DNA of 42,161 nucleotides from a virus. Its lineage: Duplodnaviria; Caudoviricetes. This document shows, piece after piece, positions 26,385-36,058 of this stretch (within the stretch, counting starts at the first letter, position 1; each line of letters begins with the position of its first letter). The stretch lies in IMG/VR virus record IMGVR_UViG_3300033076_001203, positions 1 through 42,161 of that record; one strand, given 5' to 3'. Both the position numbers and the translations under genes were made by a program. The notes under the pieces were generated by a model. The model was not told the DNA's origin. It saw nothing but the letters and a program-made list of their open reading frames with translations, and searched no databases.

Positions 26385-26417
26385 TGCGGGGCGCTCGTCA
26401 TTGCGAGACGCCCCGCG
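26385..26417 (-). terminator. GC-rich hairpin after the major capsid gene
   Basis: GCGGGGCG-CTCGT-CATT-GCGAG-A-CGCCCCGC. Confidence 0.5.
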
Positions 26418-26433
26418 TTACCACTGCCCAAGA

Positions 26434-27432
26434 TTAGGAATACTGCGTGGTGATGAGGGTTCCGGCGTTCGGGTTCGCGATGTAAGGAGCCTTGGAGGTC
26501 TTGGCGCGGACGATGTTGGATTCCGTCTTTTCCTCGCGGTAGGTGTCCACGCCGTAACCGCCTTCGGGAGTGTAATTTTCCCAGAAGGCATTCACGCCAA
26601 CGCCTTGGATGGTTGCGATGCTGTTCACCGTGGCCGTGGCCGAAGTGTCAGCAGTGCGGCCAACCCACACGTAGGTATCACCCCAGATGCGCGACATGAC
26701 CTGTGTAGCGCCGTCAGCGGCGGAGTTGTAAACACTGGAGCCGATGAGCACTTTTGTGATGCCGAGATCCGCGAACGCGAGCTGCAAGTTGCTGCTGTTG
26801 ACCTCGTAGCCCTTGCCGAGCTGGGACACCACGAAGTTCTTGAGCAAAGTGCTCTGCCGCACGCGATTGAACACATTGCGGCTCAACACGATGGTGTTGA
26901 GGCGTTCACCGACATCCAGGCCGCGATTGATGGCGGCGTACACGTCGTTGAAAAAGTCGATGGTCGCGAGGTTCGCCGTAGTGTAGGCGGCGATTGAGTT
27001 CGTGCCCGCGCCGAAATTCGTCGTGGACATGATCGAGGCGGCGGTCAGGTACTCGGTTGTGAGTTCCACGGATTCACTGGCCTGCTGAGCCGCAACGGAT
27101 TCGATGCTGAGGTAATCAGCGTAATCCATTTCGACCTCATCGGGGATCTGCACCTCGCGCTTGCGAATCGCCACCGTGAACGAGTCGTCATCAAGCGTCA
27201 TGTTCATGCGCTCGATGTTCGCGCCGGGGGCGGTCACAAGGTTGCTGTCGAGAATGCGGGCAATCTGCATGTTCGCGATCTTGGCTTTGACCAAGTGAAC
27301 CGTGCGCTTGTTGACCGGCAGCGGTGGAAGGATCTGGGAATGGATGTTGAGGTCATTAAGCCCCTGTCCTTCCTGAATGATTGAGGCAAGCTCCTGACGA
27401 GGGCGGGCCGTTGCGTTGGTATATGCTGGCAT
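26434..27432 (-). CDS. Major capsid protein (lambda gpE-like, HK97 fold)
   Basis: 332 aa; position after protease and decoration genes; typical C-terminal YREE..SNIVR..NAGTLIT. Confidence 0.8.
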   Translation of the reverse strand: MPAYTNATARPRQELASIIQEGQGLNDLNIHSQILPPLPVNKRTVHLVKAKIANMQIARILDSNLVTAPGANIERMNMTLDDDSFTVAIRKREVQIPDEVEMDYADYLSIESVAAQQASESVELTTEYLTAASIMSTTNFGAGTNSIAAYTTANLATIDFFNDVYAAINRGLDVGERLNTIVLSRNVFNRVRQSTLLKNFVVSQLGKGYEVNSSNLQLAFADLGITKVLIGSSVYNSAADGATQVMSRIWGDTYVWVGRTADTSATATVNSIATIQGVGVNAFWENYTPEGGYGVDTYREEKTESNIVRAKTSKAPYIANPNAGTLITTQYS

Positions 27433-27456
27433 GATCTGGTATTCGTGAGGAGGTTT

Positions 27457-27828
27457 TTATGCGACGGATTTGAGTTCCACGATGGCGAGAGCGTTGGCGG
27501 CGCCGACTTGCAGCCACTTCCCGAGAAGGACCGCGTTCGTGGAAGTTTTGGAGGCTTGGCCGGATGCCGCAGAGTAGCAGGCATCTCCGACTGCGGTTGC
27601 TTCGCTAGCCTGAATTGGCACACTGCCGCCCGCGCCGATGGGGGCCGCAAGACCGGTTCCGCTGGCCGGGATGGCCTGCAAGGTGATGTAATCACCCTGG
27701 ACGCCGATGGCAGAAGCTGCCACAAGTCCGGACGAGTTGAGGGTGACACGGATGCCGCGACCAATCGCCACGTTGGTAGCCGTGACGGTTTTTTGAAGCG
27801 GGATGACTGTGGTTGCGAGGGTAGCCAT
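27457..27828 (-). CDS. Capsid decoration/cement protein (DUF2190-like)
   Basis: Small Ala/Gly/Thr-rich protein before the MCP. Confidence 0.65.
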   Translation of the reverse strand: MATLATTVIPLQKTVTATNVAIGRGIRVTLNSSGLVAASAIGVQGDYITLQAIPASGTGLAAPIGAGGSVPIQASEATAVGDACYSAASGQASKTSTNAVLLGKWLQVGAANALAIVELKSVA

Positions 27829-27845
27829 AATGGTAGGATCTGGTA

Positions 27846-28904
27846 TTAGAGTTTACCGTTTTTCGCCGCTTCGTTGTAGAGTTCGGGATTGTCCGCCGCG
27901 ACGCGATGGATTGCCAGGCCGCGAGATTTGCAGCCGCTGGAAAGCTGAGCCTGAATCGCAGCCTCAAATTTGTCCGCCACCTTGTCACCATCGCCATCGT
28001 TGGTCTTCACGAAGCCGGTGGAGAGCTTTTGAAAGGTTTCCTGTGCGACCTTGAGCGCGGCCTTTTCGATCTGTGCGGCCAGCTTTTCGTCAGGAGTGTC
28101 GGCGTCGGCGTCTTTCTTCTCCTTGGCCTCCGTGTCTTTCTTGTCGCCATCGGGGTTCATGCTGGCGGCATTGGCCTCCAGCTTCGCGAGACGCTCTTCA
28201 ATGGTTGCAGCGTCCTGCTTCTTATCAGCGGCAGCGGCATCCGCAACGGCTTTGGTGATCATATCGCTAATCGTGGCGAGGTCTTCTGGGGAGAGGGGCA
28301 TAGAGTCGGAGGGAGAGGGTGAATCCTGTTCTTCAAACAGTGAATTAGTCGCCGCCGGACTGTCCACAAGGTCAACGCTAGCCAAATGCAAGCAATTTGC
28401 AATAGCAATTTTTTGGCCGCTGGCATCTTTGCCGAGTTTGTAGGCAACCTTGTGATTGATCGAGTTGCCGAACTCATCAGCGAAACGCGAGGCGATTCCC
28501 TCAATGAATGAGCGGTGCGGGGTGCCTTCCAAAAATTTTAGGTCAGCGTACACGCCGTTGCCTTCCACTCGGAAATTGGAGTACCCGCCAAAGGTGTCAG
28601 ACACGCCGCCCGCGTGGTCGCCGCGTTGATCGAGTTTGGCCTTCACCTCGCTGCGTGCATTCCCAGAATCAGCAACCTGTTGCAGCGTATCTGCCGTGAT
28701 GAAAATCGGGATCTTCTCAAGCTTTGCGTGCTCGGGATCGTCGGGGTTGAATGGCTTGAGCCGTCCCTGCTGCTCAACGCACATGTGGCCTTTTGCTGGA
28801 CCCTCAGCGAGAATCAGAACCTTGTTGAACCCGTCTTGTGATGGTTCGGGCTTGGCCTCAAATTTGGTGAACACGTCGGAGAAAATGATGCGTTTGCGTT
28901 TCAT
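27846..28904 (-). CDS. Prohead protease/scaffold
   Basis: EGPAKGH...DH...VYADLKFL...SVDLVDSPAATNSLF, then an acidic helical scaffold region. Confidence 0.75.
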   Translation of the reverse strand: MKRKRIIFSDVFTKFEAKPEPSQDGFNKVLILAEGPAKGHMCVEQQGRLKPFNPDDPEHAKLEKIPIFITADTLQQVADSGNARSEVKAKLDQRGDHAGGVSDTFGGYSNFRVEGNGVYADLKFLEGTPHRSFIEGIASRFADEFGNSINHKVAYKLGKDASGQKIAIANCLHLASVDLVDSPAATNSLFEEQDSPSPSDSMPLSPEDLATISDMITKAVADAAAADKKQDAATIEERLAKLEANAASMNPDGDKKDTEAKEKKDADADTPDEKLAAQIEKAALKVAQETFQKLSTGFVKTNDGDGDKVADKFEAAIQAQLSSGCKSRGLAIHRVAADNPELYNEAAKNGKL

Positions 28905-30442
28905 GCTGCTGCGGCTGTTGGTTGCGCGGATGGCTTTGGATCTTTCGGCGTCGGGTTCGGGCCCATCATCTGAATGTGAGGCATGACATCCTGCCACGTG
29001 AGCGACACGCCAGTCTTGGTCGAGATCCTTTGCGCGGTGGCAATAGCTCGCTCCATCTTGCTTTCAGCCTCGTATTCAAGTTCCTGATCAACGTCATCCC
29101 AATACCGCCCCTCTTCTGCACAGATGTCGGCCATGGACCGAATGCCTTGCGCGTTTTCCTTGAGGTTGGCGTCAGACTCGCGGCCCACATCCACGGAGGA
29201 GCGAGCAGGGAACATCCATTGGCCCTTTGTCCATCCCTTCACCCATGGCAGCTCATCGCGCATGATGGCGGAGAGAAAGGCACGGTTTTTGATGTCGTTC
29301 AGCGCCGTGCGCTCAAGCCATTTTTGGCCGATAGGACCGTCTTCAAACGTCCGGCTTGCCCACTCGCCAATAAGGCGTGTGTAGGTGCCGGGGAGGCCCA
29401 TCATGACGTACAGATATGGCAGGGGCAGGCAAAGAGCGCCTGCGATCTGTTGCAGCTTCGTTAACATGAACTCCATCTCGTTTGCTGAGGGGGTATCGTT
29501 GTCGATCATAGAAACCTGTGTGCCAGGTTCGCCATACATGATTTCGCCAGGGGCCAATGGCTGCAAACGTCCGTTCGTGGCCGGACTGGTCACGGGGTCG
29601 ATGTAGTTGATCGGAGCCGTTGGCATCGGAGCCATGCCGTTAGGAGTGTTCACCACGCCGACCTTGGACCCGGCCCACTGAATTTTTGACATCCACGCTT
29701 TTTCGATGCGCCGCAGGTCGGTGGCGTCGTTCAGAACCGCATGAAATGGCGTCTTTGCCTTGTATTCGTCCGAGCGCGTGACCGGGTTAAGGTGTGAGAA
29801 GTGCGTGGCTGGCACTTCGCAGACAAACACGAATTGGCTCGTTACGGTCTGGCGATAGATGCGATAGGCTACAGGCGCGCCATTGTCGTCGATCACAACG
29901 CCGCGAATCACTCGCCCGTTGCCGCTGATGACTTGGCGGGGGTTGCCGATATTCTCCCCTTCGACGTTTTGAATTTGGTACGTGCCGTCTGGGTGGTGGT
30001 GGTGGATGATTCCATGATCTCCTTGAATGAGACACCCGCTAACGCCGTGGCCCATCTGGTCCACGAAGGTGAAGCGCCGCGTGATGTCCGAGCGCTTGCA
30101 CCAATTCTGCCACCATTCCCGGTACAGGGCGTTTTCCGCCCGAGTGCCAACGGTGGGGATGAACTGGAGGTTGCCGACAACGTGCATCTTGAACCTCTCG
30201 ATGATGCTTTTGATGATTACGACATCACGCGCCAATTCCTCGGCGCGTGCAATCATCTGCACTGAGTCAAGCTGATGGATCAGGTTGTCCGGCCCACGGA
30301 TCGGCTGTGGCGGTGGACGTTCGCGCCCTGGACGTGCAGCCTCGTAGCTGAGTTTCGCCCGCTGCTCACGGTCGGCCATGCGTGCGTTCATCCACGTTGG
30401 AGAAATCACACCGATGAGGCTATCTAGGCGAGTGGGCTTCAT
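28901..30442 (-). CDS. Portal protein (lambda family)
   Basis: SYEAA, RGVVIDDNGAPVAYRI, VDVGRES motifs. Confidence 0.85.
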   Translation of the reverse strand: MKPTRLDSLIGVISPTWMNARMADREQRAKLSYEAARPGRERPPPQPIRGPDNLIHQLDSVQMIARAEELARDVVIIKSIIERFKMHVVGNLQFIPTVGTRAENALYREWWQNWCKRSDITRRFTFVDQMGHGVSGCLIQGDHGIIHHHHPDGTYQIQNVEGENIGNPRQVISGNGRVIRGVVIDDNGAPVAYRIYRQTVTSQFVFVCEVPATHFSHLNPVTRSDEYKAKTPFHAVLNDATDLRRIEKAWMSKIQWAGSKVGVVNTPNGMAPMPTAPINYIDPVTSPATNGRLQPLAPGEIMYGEPGTQVSMIDNDTPSANEMEFMLTKLQQIAGALCLPLPYLYVMMGLPGTYTRLIGEWASRTFEDGPIGQKWLERTALNDIKNRAFLSAIMRDELPWVKGWTKGQWMFPARSSVDVGRESDANLKENAQGIRSMADICAEEGRYWDDVDQELEYEAESKMERAIATAQRISTKTGVSLTWQDVMPHIQMMGPNPTPKDPKPSAQPTAAAA

Positions 30443-30702
30443 TCGATGCGTGAGAAGTCAGTGTACCGGCTGGCGTAGCCGAGATTGCCGTCGGCGGCGT
30501 TTTGTGCCTTCCATGCCTGCGCTGCGTTGATGTTGGCAAGCTTGTCGTACAGGGTTTCGAGATTTGCACTTGCCACGTTGCGCCCGTTCATGCTGTGAGA
30601 CTGTCCGGCCCCTTCGATGTCCTTGATCTGCTTCAAGCATGACGATTCGAGCGCCGCCAAGGTGGCGTCTGACATCAGGCGAAAACGAGAATCAAGGGGC
30701 AT
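30439..30702 (-). CDS. gpW-like head-tail joining protein
   Basis: GQSHSMNGRNVASANL; immediately before the portal. Confidence 0.65.
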   Translation of the reverse strand: MPLDSRFRLMSDATLAALESSCLKQIKDIEGAGQSHSMNGRNVASANLETLYDKLANINAAQAWKAQNAADGNLGYASRYTDFSRIE

Positions 30703-30714
30703 TCAGGATGCTGG

Positions 30715-31128
30715 TTAAGCGTGTGCGCCAACTCCGCCGATGATACCAAAAGATACCGTTGTCGTGGTATTCGTGACCATCAAACAAGTGGTCTTGTTAC
30801 CGGTGGAGATGTCAGCAAAAGGGCACACGCCCCCTGCTGTGGCGGATTGAAACAAGGGAATGCCAAGACCGAGCCCATGGGTGCCGATGGTCAAGCCAGG
30901 GTCAGACGAAACAGCCTGTACAGTTTGTCCTGTACCGCCGCTGCCGCAGAGGATGCCAGCCACGGGCATTTTGGTGGAGTCGTTGCCATCGGCCAGTTTG
31001 TAGGTGTTGGTCGCAGAATCGAGGTACACCGTTTGCCCGCCATTCGCGGCCTCCCCGAGTTTCGCGTAGAATTTCACCGCCGAACTCGACGGCACGACGG
31101 CGGTTGCTGTGATTGAGAGATCGGCCAT
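30715..31128 (-). CDS. Capsid decoration-like protein
   Basis: MADLSITATAVV...GQTVYLD..YKLAD. Confidence 0.55.
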   Translation of the reverse strand: MADLSITATAVVPSSSAVKFYAKLGEAANGGQTVYLDSATNTYKLADGNDSTKMPVAGILCGSGGTGQTVQAVSSDPGLTIGTHGLGLGIPLFQSATAGGVCPFADISTGNKTTCLMVTNTTTTVSFGIIGGVGAHA

Positions 31129-31137
31129 AGTGGCCCC

Positions 31138-31165
31138 ACTATTGCAAATAGCTTGCAATAGTCAA
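31138..31165 (-). promoter_or_regulatory. Late promoter with palindrome ACTATTGCAA-N5-TTGCAATAGT
   Basis: Perfect 10-bp inverted repeat overlapping the TTGACT -35. Confidence 0.65.
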
Positions 31166-31181
31166 TGGTGGGAAATGCCGG

Positions 31182-32972
31182 CTACGGCTGGGAAATGGTA
31201 TCGTCGGACAATTCAGAGGGGACGATGCCGAAAAGAGCGGCCATGATTAGGTTCATTTCTTCGCAGGCGCGGATATGGTCGTCAGCGTAAACCTGATGCC
31301 AGCCGGTTTCCGTGGCTCCGGTGCGCTTGTTGACGGCAGATTTCATCACCCAGGAATTCAGTTGTGAGAGGTAATCAGTGCTTCGTTTGTTCGTCCCCTC
31401 GAACGTCAGGCCGTGAACATCCTCGGGCAACTCCCAGCGGCTGCCCTGCCCCAAAAGGCGATTGTAAAGCGTGCGCCGCGCCCAGTTTTTCGAGAAATGG
31501 AACCCCTCGCTAAACAGAGATCCTTGGCGACTGGTGCCTGAAAACACGTCAATGAAGTCCTTTTTGCCGAATGGCTTCTGGATTCCCGCGATTGCCCCCG
31601 GTTGCCGATGGTCGTAGTGCATGCGGGTTTCATCCGCCATGAGCCAGTAATAGCCATTCCGAGCACAGATTTCCCGCACCTCCTTGCCTTCGTGGCGTGC
31701 ATCAACGCCCACGCGGCGAGGTAGGACGCCGTAGAGTTTGCGTGTTTCCTCGACCTCGCCCCAGGTATTGCAGCGGCAGGCCGTAACGAGGCGAGAGCTT
31801 CCATCTTGCGCCCAGGCTCGGATCACGGCCCACATGTGCCGCCCGTTCTTCGATTGCACGTCCACCGTCATGAACCGGGCGTGTTCGTTGTCCCATCGGA
31901 AGGCATCGGCAACGGAATAGCCACCTGTGACAATGGCCTGAGTGCCACCAGAAACGCGGTTTTCCCACGTCTCAGCCAGGCGTTTGATGATGAAGTTCCG
32001 CAGTAGGGTTAGGTCGCCTGTTTTCTGCCGCTCGATGGCCTTAATCCATGATTCAACGATCACTTCCCACGACACCCATGGGGCCGCGAGCTGGGAGGCT
32101 TTGAAGCTCACATTGTCCGGCGATGCAGTAGGATTGCATACAACGTAGTCGCCGCGCCGGTTCATCTCTGCGCGATCGGGCATGTTGTCGCGGATCTCGC
32201 AGTTACAGCCCTCATGCGGGCAACGAAACCGGACGGTTTTACGTACCTCCTGAAAATTCCACGCCTTGCCCTCAGGCTTCGTGATGTCGTTGGCCTCCCA
32301 GATGAGAACGCGGGGCTTTTCTGCCCAGCGAGGACGCACCAGCTTGCCGCACTCAGGGCATCCGAAATGCCATTCCTCCTGCGTCCCTGCGTCAAAGGCT
32401 AATTGCTGCTCGCTTCCCTCATCTCCCGCCGTGGAGGTATTCACGATCTTCCCATCCCAGAATGCCGAGCAGCGGTCGCGGGCTTGATCGTGCATCCCCT
32501 TGGGCCAAAGGTGCAACTCGTCATTGAAGATGTACTTCGCGCTCTTGCCCTGCGTGTTCGATTCATTCGCCCCCAAGAACTTCATGTACATGTGTGCCAG
32601 CGCGGCCTCATCCTTTCGCTTGGCCGCGTGCGTGTCAGGCCAGAGGTTCGCCAGTGCCGGCATGGGCCGAACTCGCTTCAAAACTCGATCTTCCGCGAAG
32701 TCGTGTGCGTCGTCGTCCGTCTGGCAGTAAACGAGCACATTCCCCGGTGCTCGCTTCACGACGTAGCTAATTGCCATTTCAGCGAAGAGGTTCTTCCCCA
32801 TCTGCGCCCCGAGTTGCAGCGTCATCTCACGGATTCTAGGGTCGCAGAACGCGGCCATGGGCTTTCCGAGCCACGGGCTGTTCTCCAGCCGGAAATTGCC
32901 AGAGATCGCAGACTCAGGCCCGAGAACATAATTCTCCTCGGCGAAGATGCTGAATGGGGAAACGGGGATCAT
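31182..32972 (-). CDS. Terminase large subunit (lambda GpA family)
   Basis: GAQMGKN Walker A, IFNDE Walker B, CPECG/CPH zinc motifs, MTVDVQ nuclease domain. Confidence 0.9.
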   Translation of the reverse strand: MIPVSPFSIFAEENYVLGPESAISGNFRLENSPWLGKPMAAFCDPRIREMTLQLGAQMGKNLFAEMAISYVVKRAPGNVLVYCQTDDDAHDFAEDRVLKRVRPMPALANLWPDTHAAKRKDEAALAHMYMKFLGANESNTQGKSAKYIFNDELHLWPKGMHDQARDRCSAFWDGKIVNTSTAGDEGSEQQLAFDAGTQEEWHFGCPECGKLVRPRWAEKPRVLIWEANDITKPEGKAWNFQEVRKTVRFRCPHEGCNCEIRDNMPDRAEMNRRGDYVVCNPTASPDNVSFKASQLAAPWVSWEVIVESWIKAIERQKTGDLTLLRNFIIKRLAETWENRVSGGTQAIVTGGYSVADAFRWDNEHARFMTVDVQSKNGRHMWAVIRAWAQDGSSRLVTACRCNTWGEVEETRKLYGVLPRRVGVDARHEGKEVREICARNGYYWLMADETRMHYDHRQPGAIAGIQKPFGKKDFIDVFSGTSRQGSLFSEGFHFSKNWARRTLYNRLLGQGSRWELPEDVHGLTFEGTNKRSTDYLSQLNSWVMKSAVNKRTGATETGWHQVYADDHIRACEEMNLIMAALFGIVPSELSDDTISQP

Positions 32973-33106
32973 TGCGACTCCTCAAGGAATGCGTCGATTC
33001 GCTCTTGAAGCTGAATTGCTGGCTCGTCCTCTTGGTCTTCAAGGTAGGCTACAGCGTCAGACAATAGGACTTTTGCGGCCTCTAGTTGTTGTTCAGGGGT
33101 GCTCAT
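32969..33106 (-). CDS. Small acidic hypothetical protein
   Basis: 45 aa MSTPEQQLEAAKVLL...; ATGA-coupled to terL. Confidence 0.45.
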   Translation of the reverse strand: MSTPEQQLEAAKVLLSDAVAYLEDQEDEPAIQLQERIDAFLEESQ

Positions 33107-33125
33107 AAATGCTAGGACGTGGTAT

Positions 33126-33821
33126 TCACGTGGATTCTGTCGGCCTTTGATTCATCGCCGCCTCAGCCAGCCACGAAGGCACAAGCCCCGCTCGCGTACC
33201 GATGTCGAAGGCCAAGACTTGGGACTCTCTCAAGATAGGGTCCATAACGTGCGCCACATCCCCCGGCTTTTCTAGGCCGACGATTCGAGGCATAGCGGAG
33301 CGGATGGCGTCGGACAGGCCGACTTGATGCCAGTCGAGGAAGGCACGGCAATGGCTCACGACATCGGCGCGGGGGATGAGTTCGCCAGCATCGCGCTTTG
33401 CCATCTCGACGTTCATTTCGTAGCGTAGCAGCTCGCGGAGGAATTTTAGCCATGCCTCTTCTTTCACTTTGATAAGCAAGGGGTCGTTTTGCATCAGCGC
33501 GTCATCCAGTGCCAGCCGTGCCTTTCGCTCATACTGCACCAGAGACTTGAACGCCTTACCCACGCCAGCGCCTTCCTCCTCGTCCTCTTCTTCCTCAATC
33601 GGGTCGCTTTCCTCCCTTGGCGGCGGCTTGCGCTTCTCGCGCTCCTCGCGGTCGTTCTTGAGCCATTCCGTCAACTCCCCGCGATGCACGCTCATGTTGG
33701 GACGAAATGCCGGGCAGCCTCGATTCTTGGCGTCTCGCAGCACAGCCACATCCAGACCGAGAGCCGCAGCGGCAGCTTTGAGCGAGGGGGAGATTTGGGA
33801 CTGTCCAGCGGGGCGGGGCAT
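33126..33821 (-). CDS. Terminase small subunit (Nu1-like)
   Basis: N-terminal HTH (AAAAALGLDVAVL..GCP) and GELIPRADV motif; upstream of terL. Confidence 0.75.
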   Translation of the reverse strand: MPRPAGQSQISPSLKAAAAALGLDVAVLRDAKNRGCPAFRPNMSVHRGELTEWLKNDREEREKRKPPPREESDPIEEEEDEEEGAGVGKAFKSLVQYERKARLALDDALMQNDPLLIKVKEEAWLKFLRELLRYEMNVEMAKRDAGELIPRADVVSHCRAFLDWHQVGLSDAIRSAMPRIVGLEKPGDVAHVMDPILRESQVLAFDIGTRAGLVPSWLAEAAMNQRPTEST

Positions 33822-33916
33822 GGTAGGAACTGGCAGGAAGTGGTATTTGGATACTGGATTTATCGAGGCGGGTCAATGGCGAGGATTTGGCAGGCCAGCG
33901 TCGCGTATGGTGCTTG

Positions 33917-34108
33917 TTAATCGTCTATGCTTTCTGCCTCATCGGCGATTTTATCGCGAAGCTGTTCCAGTGCAGACAATGGACTGTCGTAGCCGTTTCG
34001 TGAGTTCTTTGCGCCTGTGCCGCCGCATAGAATATCCATCCCCGCATTGGCTGCATCCACTGGCAGCGTTGCTATCTTGATGGCTGTAGAAAGTAGTTTT
34101 CCGATCAT
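33917..34108 (-). CDS. Hypothetical protein
   Basis: ORF track. Confidence 0.5.
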   Translation of the reverse strand: MIGKLLSTAIKIATLPVDAANAGMDILCGGTGAKNSRNGYDSPLSALEQLRDKIADEAESIDD

Positions 34109-34379
34109 GGTTTTATATCTGGTGTGTGTACTATGATTTTTTTAATCTCGCGGGATTTTTGCGGCCTGAAAGCTTGCGCCGACCCATCGCAGAGAACTCC
34201 CAAGGAGACTCCTTACCGGGGGGGCGTTGCATAATTGAGAGTCTGTCGGCTGGTATTTCATACTTGGAAATGCCATAGTTCATTACCAAAAGGCATTGGA
34301 TTTTTGAGAAAACCCCTCTTACCATCTCCCCGCTCCGCCACATCGAGAGCGCCTTTCTGGATGCTGGTAGCATGTGGTA

Positions 34380-34610
34380 TCACCGTCCATGCCTCGCCTC
34401 CCACTTGGTTATCAGTCCGGTTGTGGTCAAGTCCCCGCCGTCAACCATGGAGCAGGCACAACGGTTGGCCTCACAGCAAATCCAGGTGCAGCCCGGTTCG
34501 TGGTGAATCTCCGGCTTGGCGTTTCGGCGGCGCTTGCAGGTGGCGTGTGCGTTGAAATGGTCCATGATGCGTTCCTCCTCGGACAGCATGCGGGTGGGTG
34601 AGGTGGTCAT
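34380..34610 (-). CDS. Cys-rich hypothetical protein
   Basis: Start MTTSPT; coupled to the upstream gene. Confidence 0.45.
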   Translation of the reverse strand: MTTSPTRMLSEEERIMDHFNAHATCKRRRNAKPEIHHEPGCTWICCEANRCACSMVDGGDLTTTGLITKWEARHGR

Positions 34611-34855
34611 TCTTCGGGCGAGGTGCAAAGGTCCAGCTTCATGCGGTTGACCTTCTTGATTACATTGCGCAGGGTTAAAAGCTCGCCGCGATAGCCGAGG
34701 TGGTCCGGTTCCCGCTTGGCTTTCAGTAACGCTTCTTTTCTTTGTTGTAGAAGCCAAGTGTGCAACCCATGCCATGCGGGTGGGAATGGCCTAATGGCCT
34801 TCTTGCTGCCGACATGGGGATTCCCATATCGCTTAGAAGCGTTTTCGGCCTTCAC
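34607..34855 (-). CDS. Hypothetical protein
   Basis: Operon-coupled ORF. Confidence 0.5.
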   Translation of the reverse strand: MKAENASKRYGNPHVGSKKAIRPFPPAWHGLHTWLLQQRKEALLKAKREPDHLGYRGELLTLRNVIKKVNRMKLDLCTSPEE

Positions 34856-35538
34856 AGTTCCACCCCCTTCCCAGCCCGTGCGGCCTGCCAGACATCAAAC
34901 GCGAACCCTTTTGGATCTTTGGTCACGTTGTAATCCTTGTAGAACACCTCAAACTCCGCCCTGCTTTGCTCCTCTGGGGTCAACTCAAGACCGTAGGCGG
35001 CAAGATTACCGGGGAGCCAGTGACTCCAGCTTTCATGAATTTCATCCCATGGGGTCCAGCGGACCTGACCTAACACCCCCGCAGGTCCAATCAGGGTAAC
35101 TTTACCAGTTTCGCTAGCATCCGCCTTCGTTGGCTTCACGGATACGGGACGAGGCTTGTAGCGTGCCAGTTCCGCCTGAGTCTCGGCATGCTTCACGACC
35201 AGAGCACCATACTCTTTGGTCTGCTGTGCAATCTCCTCATCCTTCCTGGCGATCTCGGCGCGGAGGGTGGCAACCTCTTGCGCCAATTGAGTGAGAGCCG
35301 CTGGCATGTCTTTTTCGTAAATGACGCCTCCTTCTTTTGGGGTGGCTGCATACTCCTCCCTGACCTTCTCCGCCACAGCAGCAGCGAAGGCTTCGCGGGC
35401 GGGGCGGTCGCTTTGGTAATGCTTTTTACAATAGCGCGGCGACAAAAACAAAGACGTGGAGAAATCTTCATGCTTTTTCATTTCTGCTAGCGCCGCTTTG
35501 GCCCCGATGTCTGCGAGTTCTTTGATGGTGGTGTTCAT
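34852..35538 (-). CDS. Hypothetical coiled-coil protein
   Basis: ORF track. Confidence 0.6.
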   Translation of the reverse strand: MNTTIKELADIGAKAALAEMKKHEDFSTSLFLSPRYCKKHYQSDRPAREAFAAAVAEKVREEYAATPKEGGVIYEKDMPAALTQLAQEVATLRAEIARKDEEIAQQTKEYGALVVKHAETQAELARYKPRPVSVKPTKADASETGKVTLIGPAGVLGQVRWTPWDEIHESWSHWLPGNLAAYGLELTPEEQSRAEFEVFYKDYNVTKDPKGFAFDVWQAARAGKGVEL

Positions 35539-36035
35539 GAGTTGAGTTGTGGGTATGTGGTGAGGAAGGTTTTGAGGAGGTTTTCAGCGTCTGTCTGCCC
35601 ATCGCAGTATCTGCATGGGTTCTCTTCGCGGTGATCGTCTGGACAGATAATCAGGTTGGTTAGCGATGTGATCGCCTCCACCAGCGGCCTGACATCCTCC
35701 AGCTTGACCACGGGAGGCGGTGGGGTGGAAAGGGCGGCGTTAACCAACTCTTGCAAATCTTCGGGGTGCTCAATTAGGCCACCAATGCGCGGCACTTTTT
35801 CCAGCGTCTCCCGCAGCGCCAAGACCTGTGCTCGGGCCTCGTCGCGCTGGCGTTCGAGGCTGCGGGCAATGTCGATGTGAACCATCTGCTTGCCGCAGGT
35901 TTCGGGGTAGTTTTTGGGATCGTTGATATAACAACCTTTGCGGGCCGCATCGTCGCTTTCCGGTGTCGGTGTGTTGCTCATCGTGCTTCCTCCTTGGTGA
36001 GAACCGCTGCGGCCCCGATGTCTGCGAGTTCTTTG
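35500..36035. repeat. 25-bp direct repeats flanking one gene
   Basis: GGCCCCGATGTCTGCGAGTTCTTTG at 35500-35524 and 36011-36035. Confidence 0.85.
35535..35981 (-). CDS. Hypothetical phage protein (TPESD...ARSLERQRDEAR family)
   Basis: Common phage motif. Confidence 0.6.
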   Translation of the reverse strand: MSNTPTPESDDAARKGCYINDPKNYPETCGKQMVHIDIARSLERQRDEARAQVLALRETLEKVPRIGGLIEHPEDLQELVNAALSTPPPPVVKLEDVRPLVEAITSLTNLIICPDDHREENPCRYCDGQTDAENLLKTFLTTYPQLNS

Positions 36036-36058
36036 TCTGTTTTCATGGTGGTGGGTGG

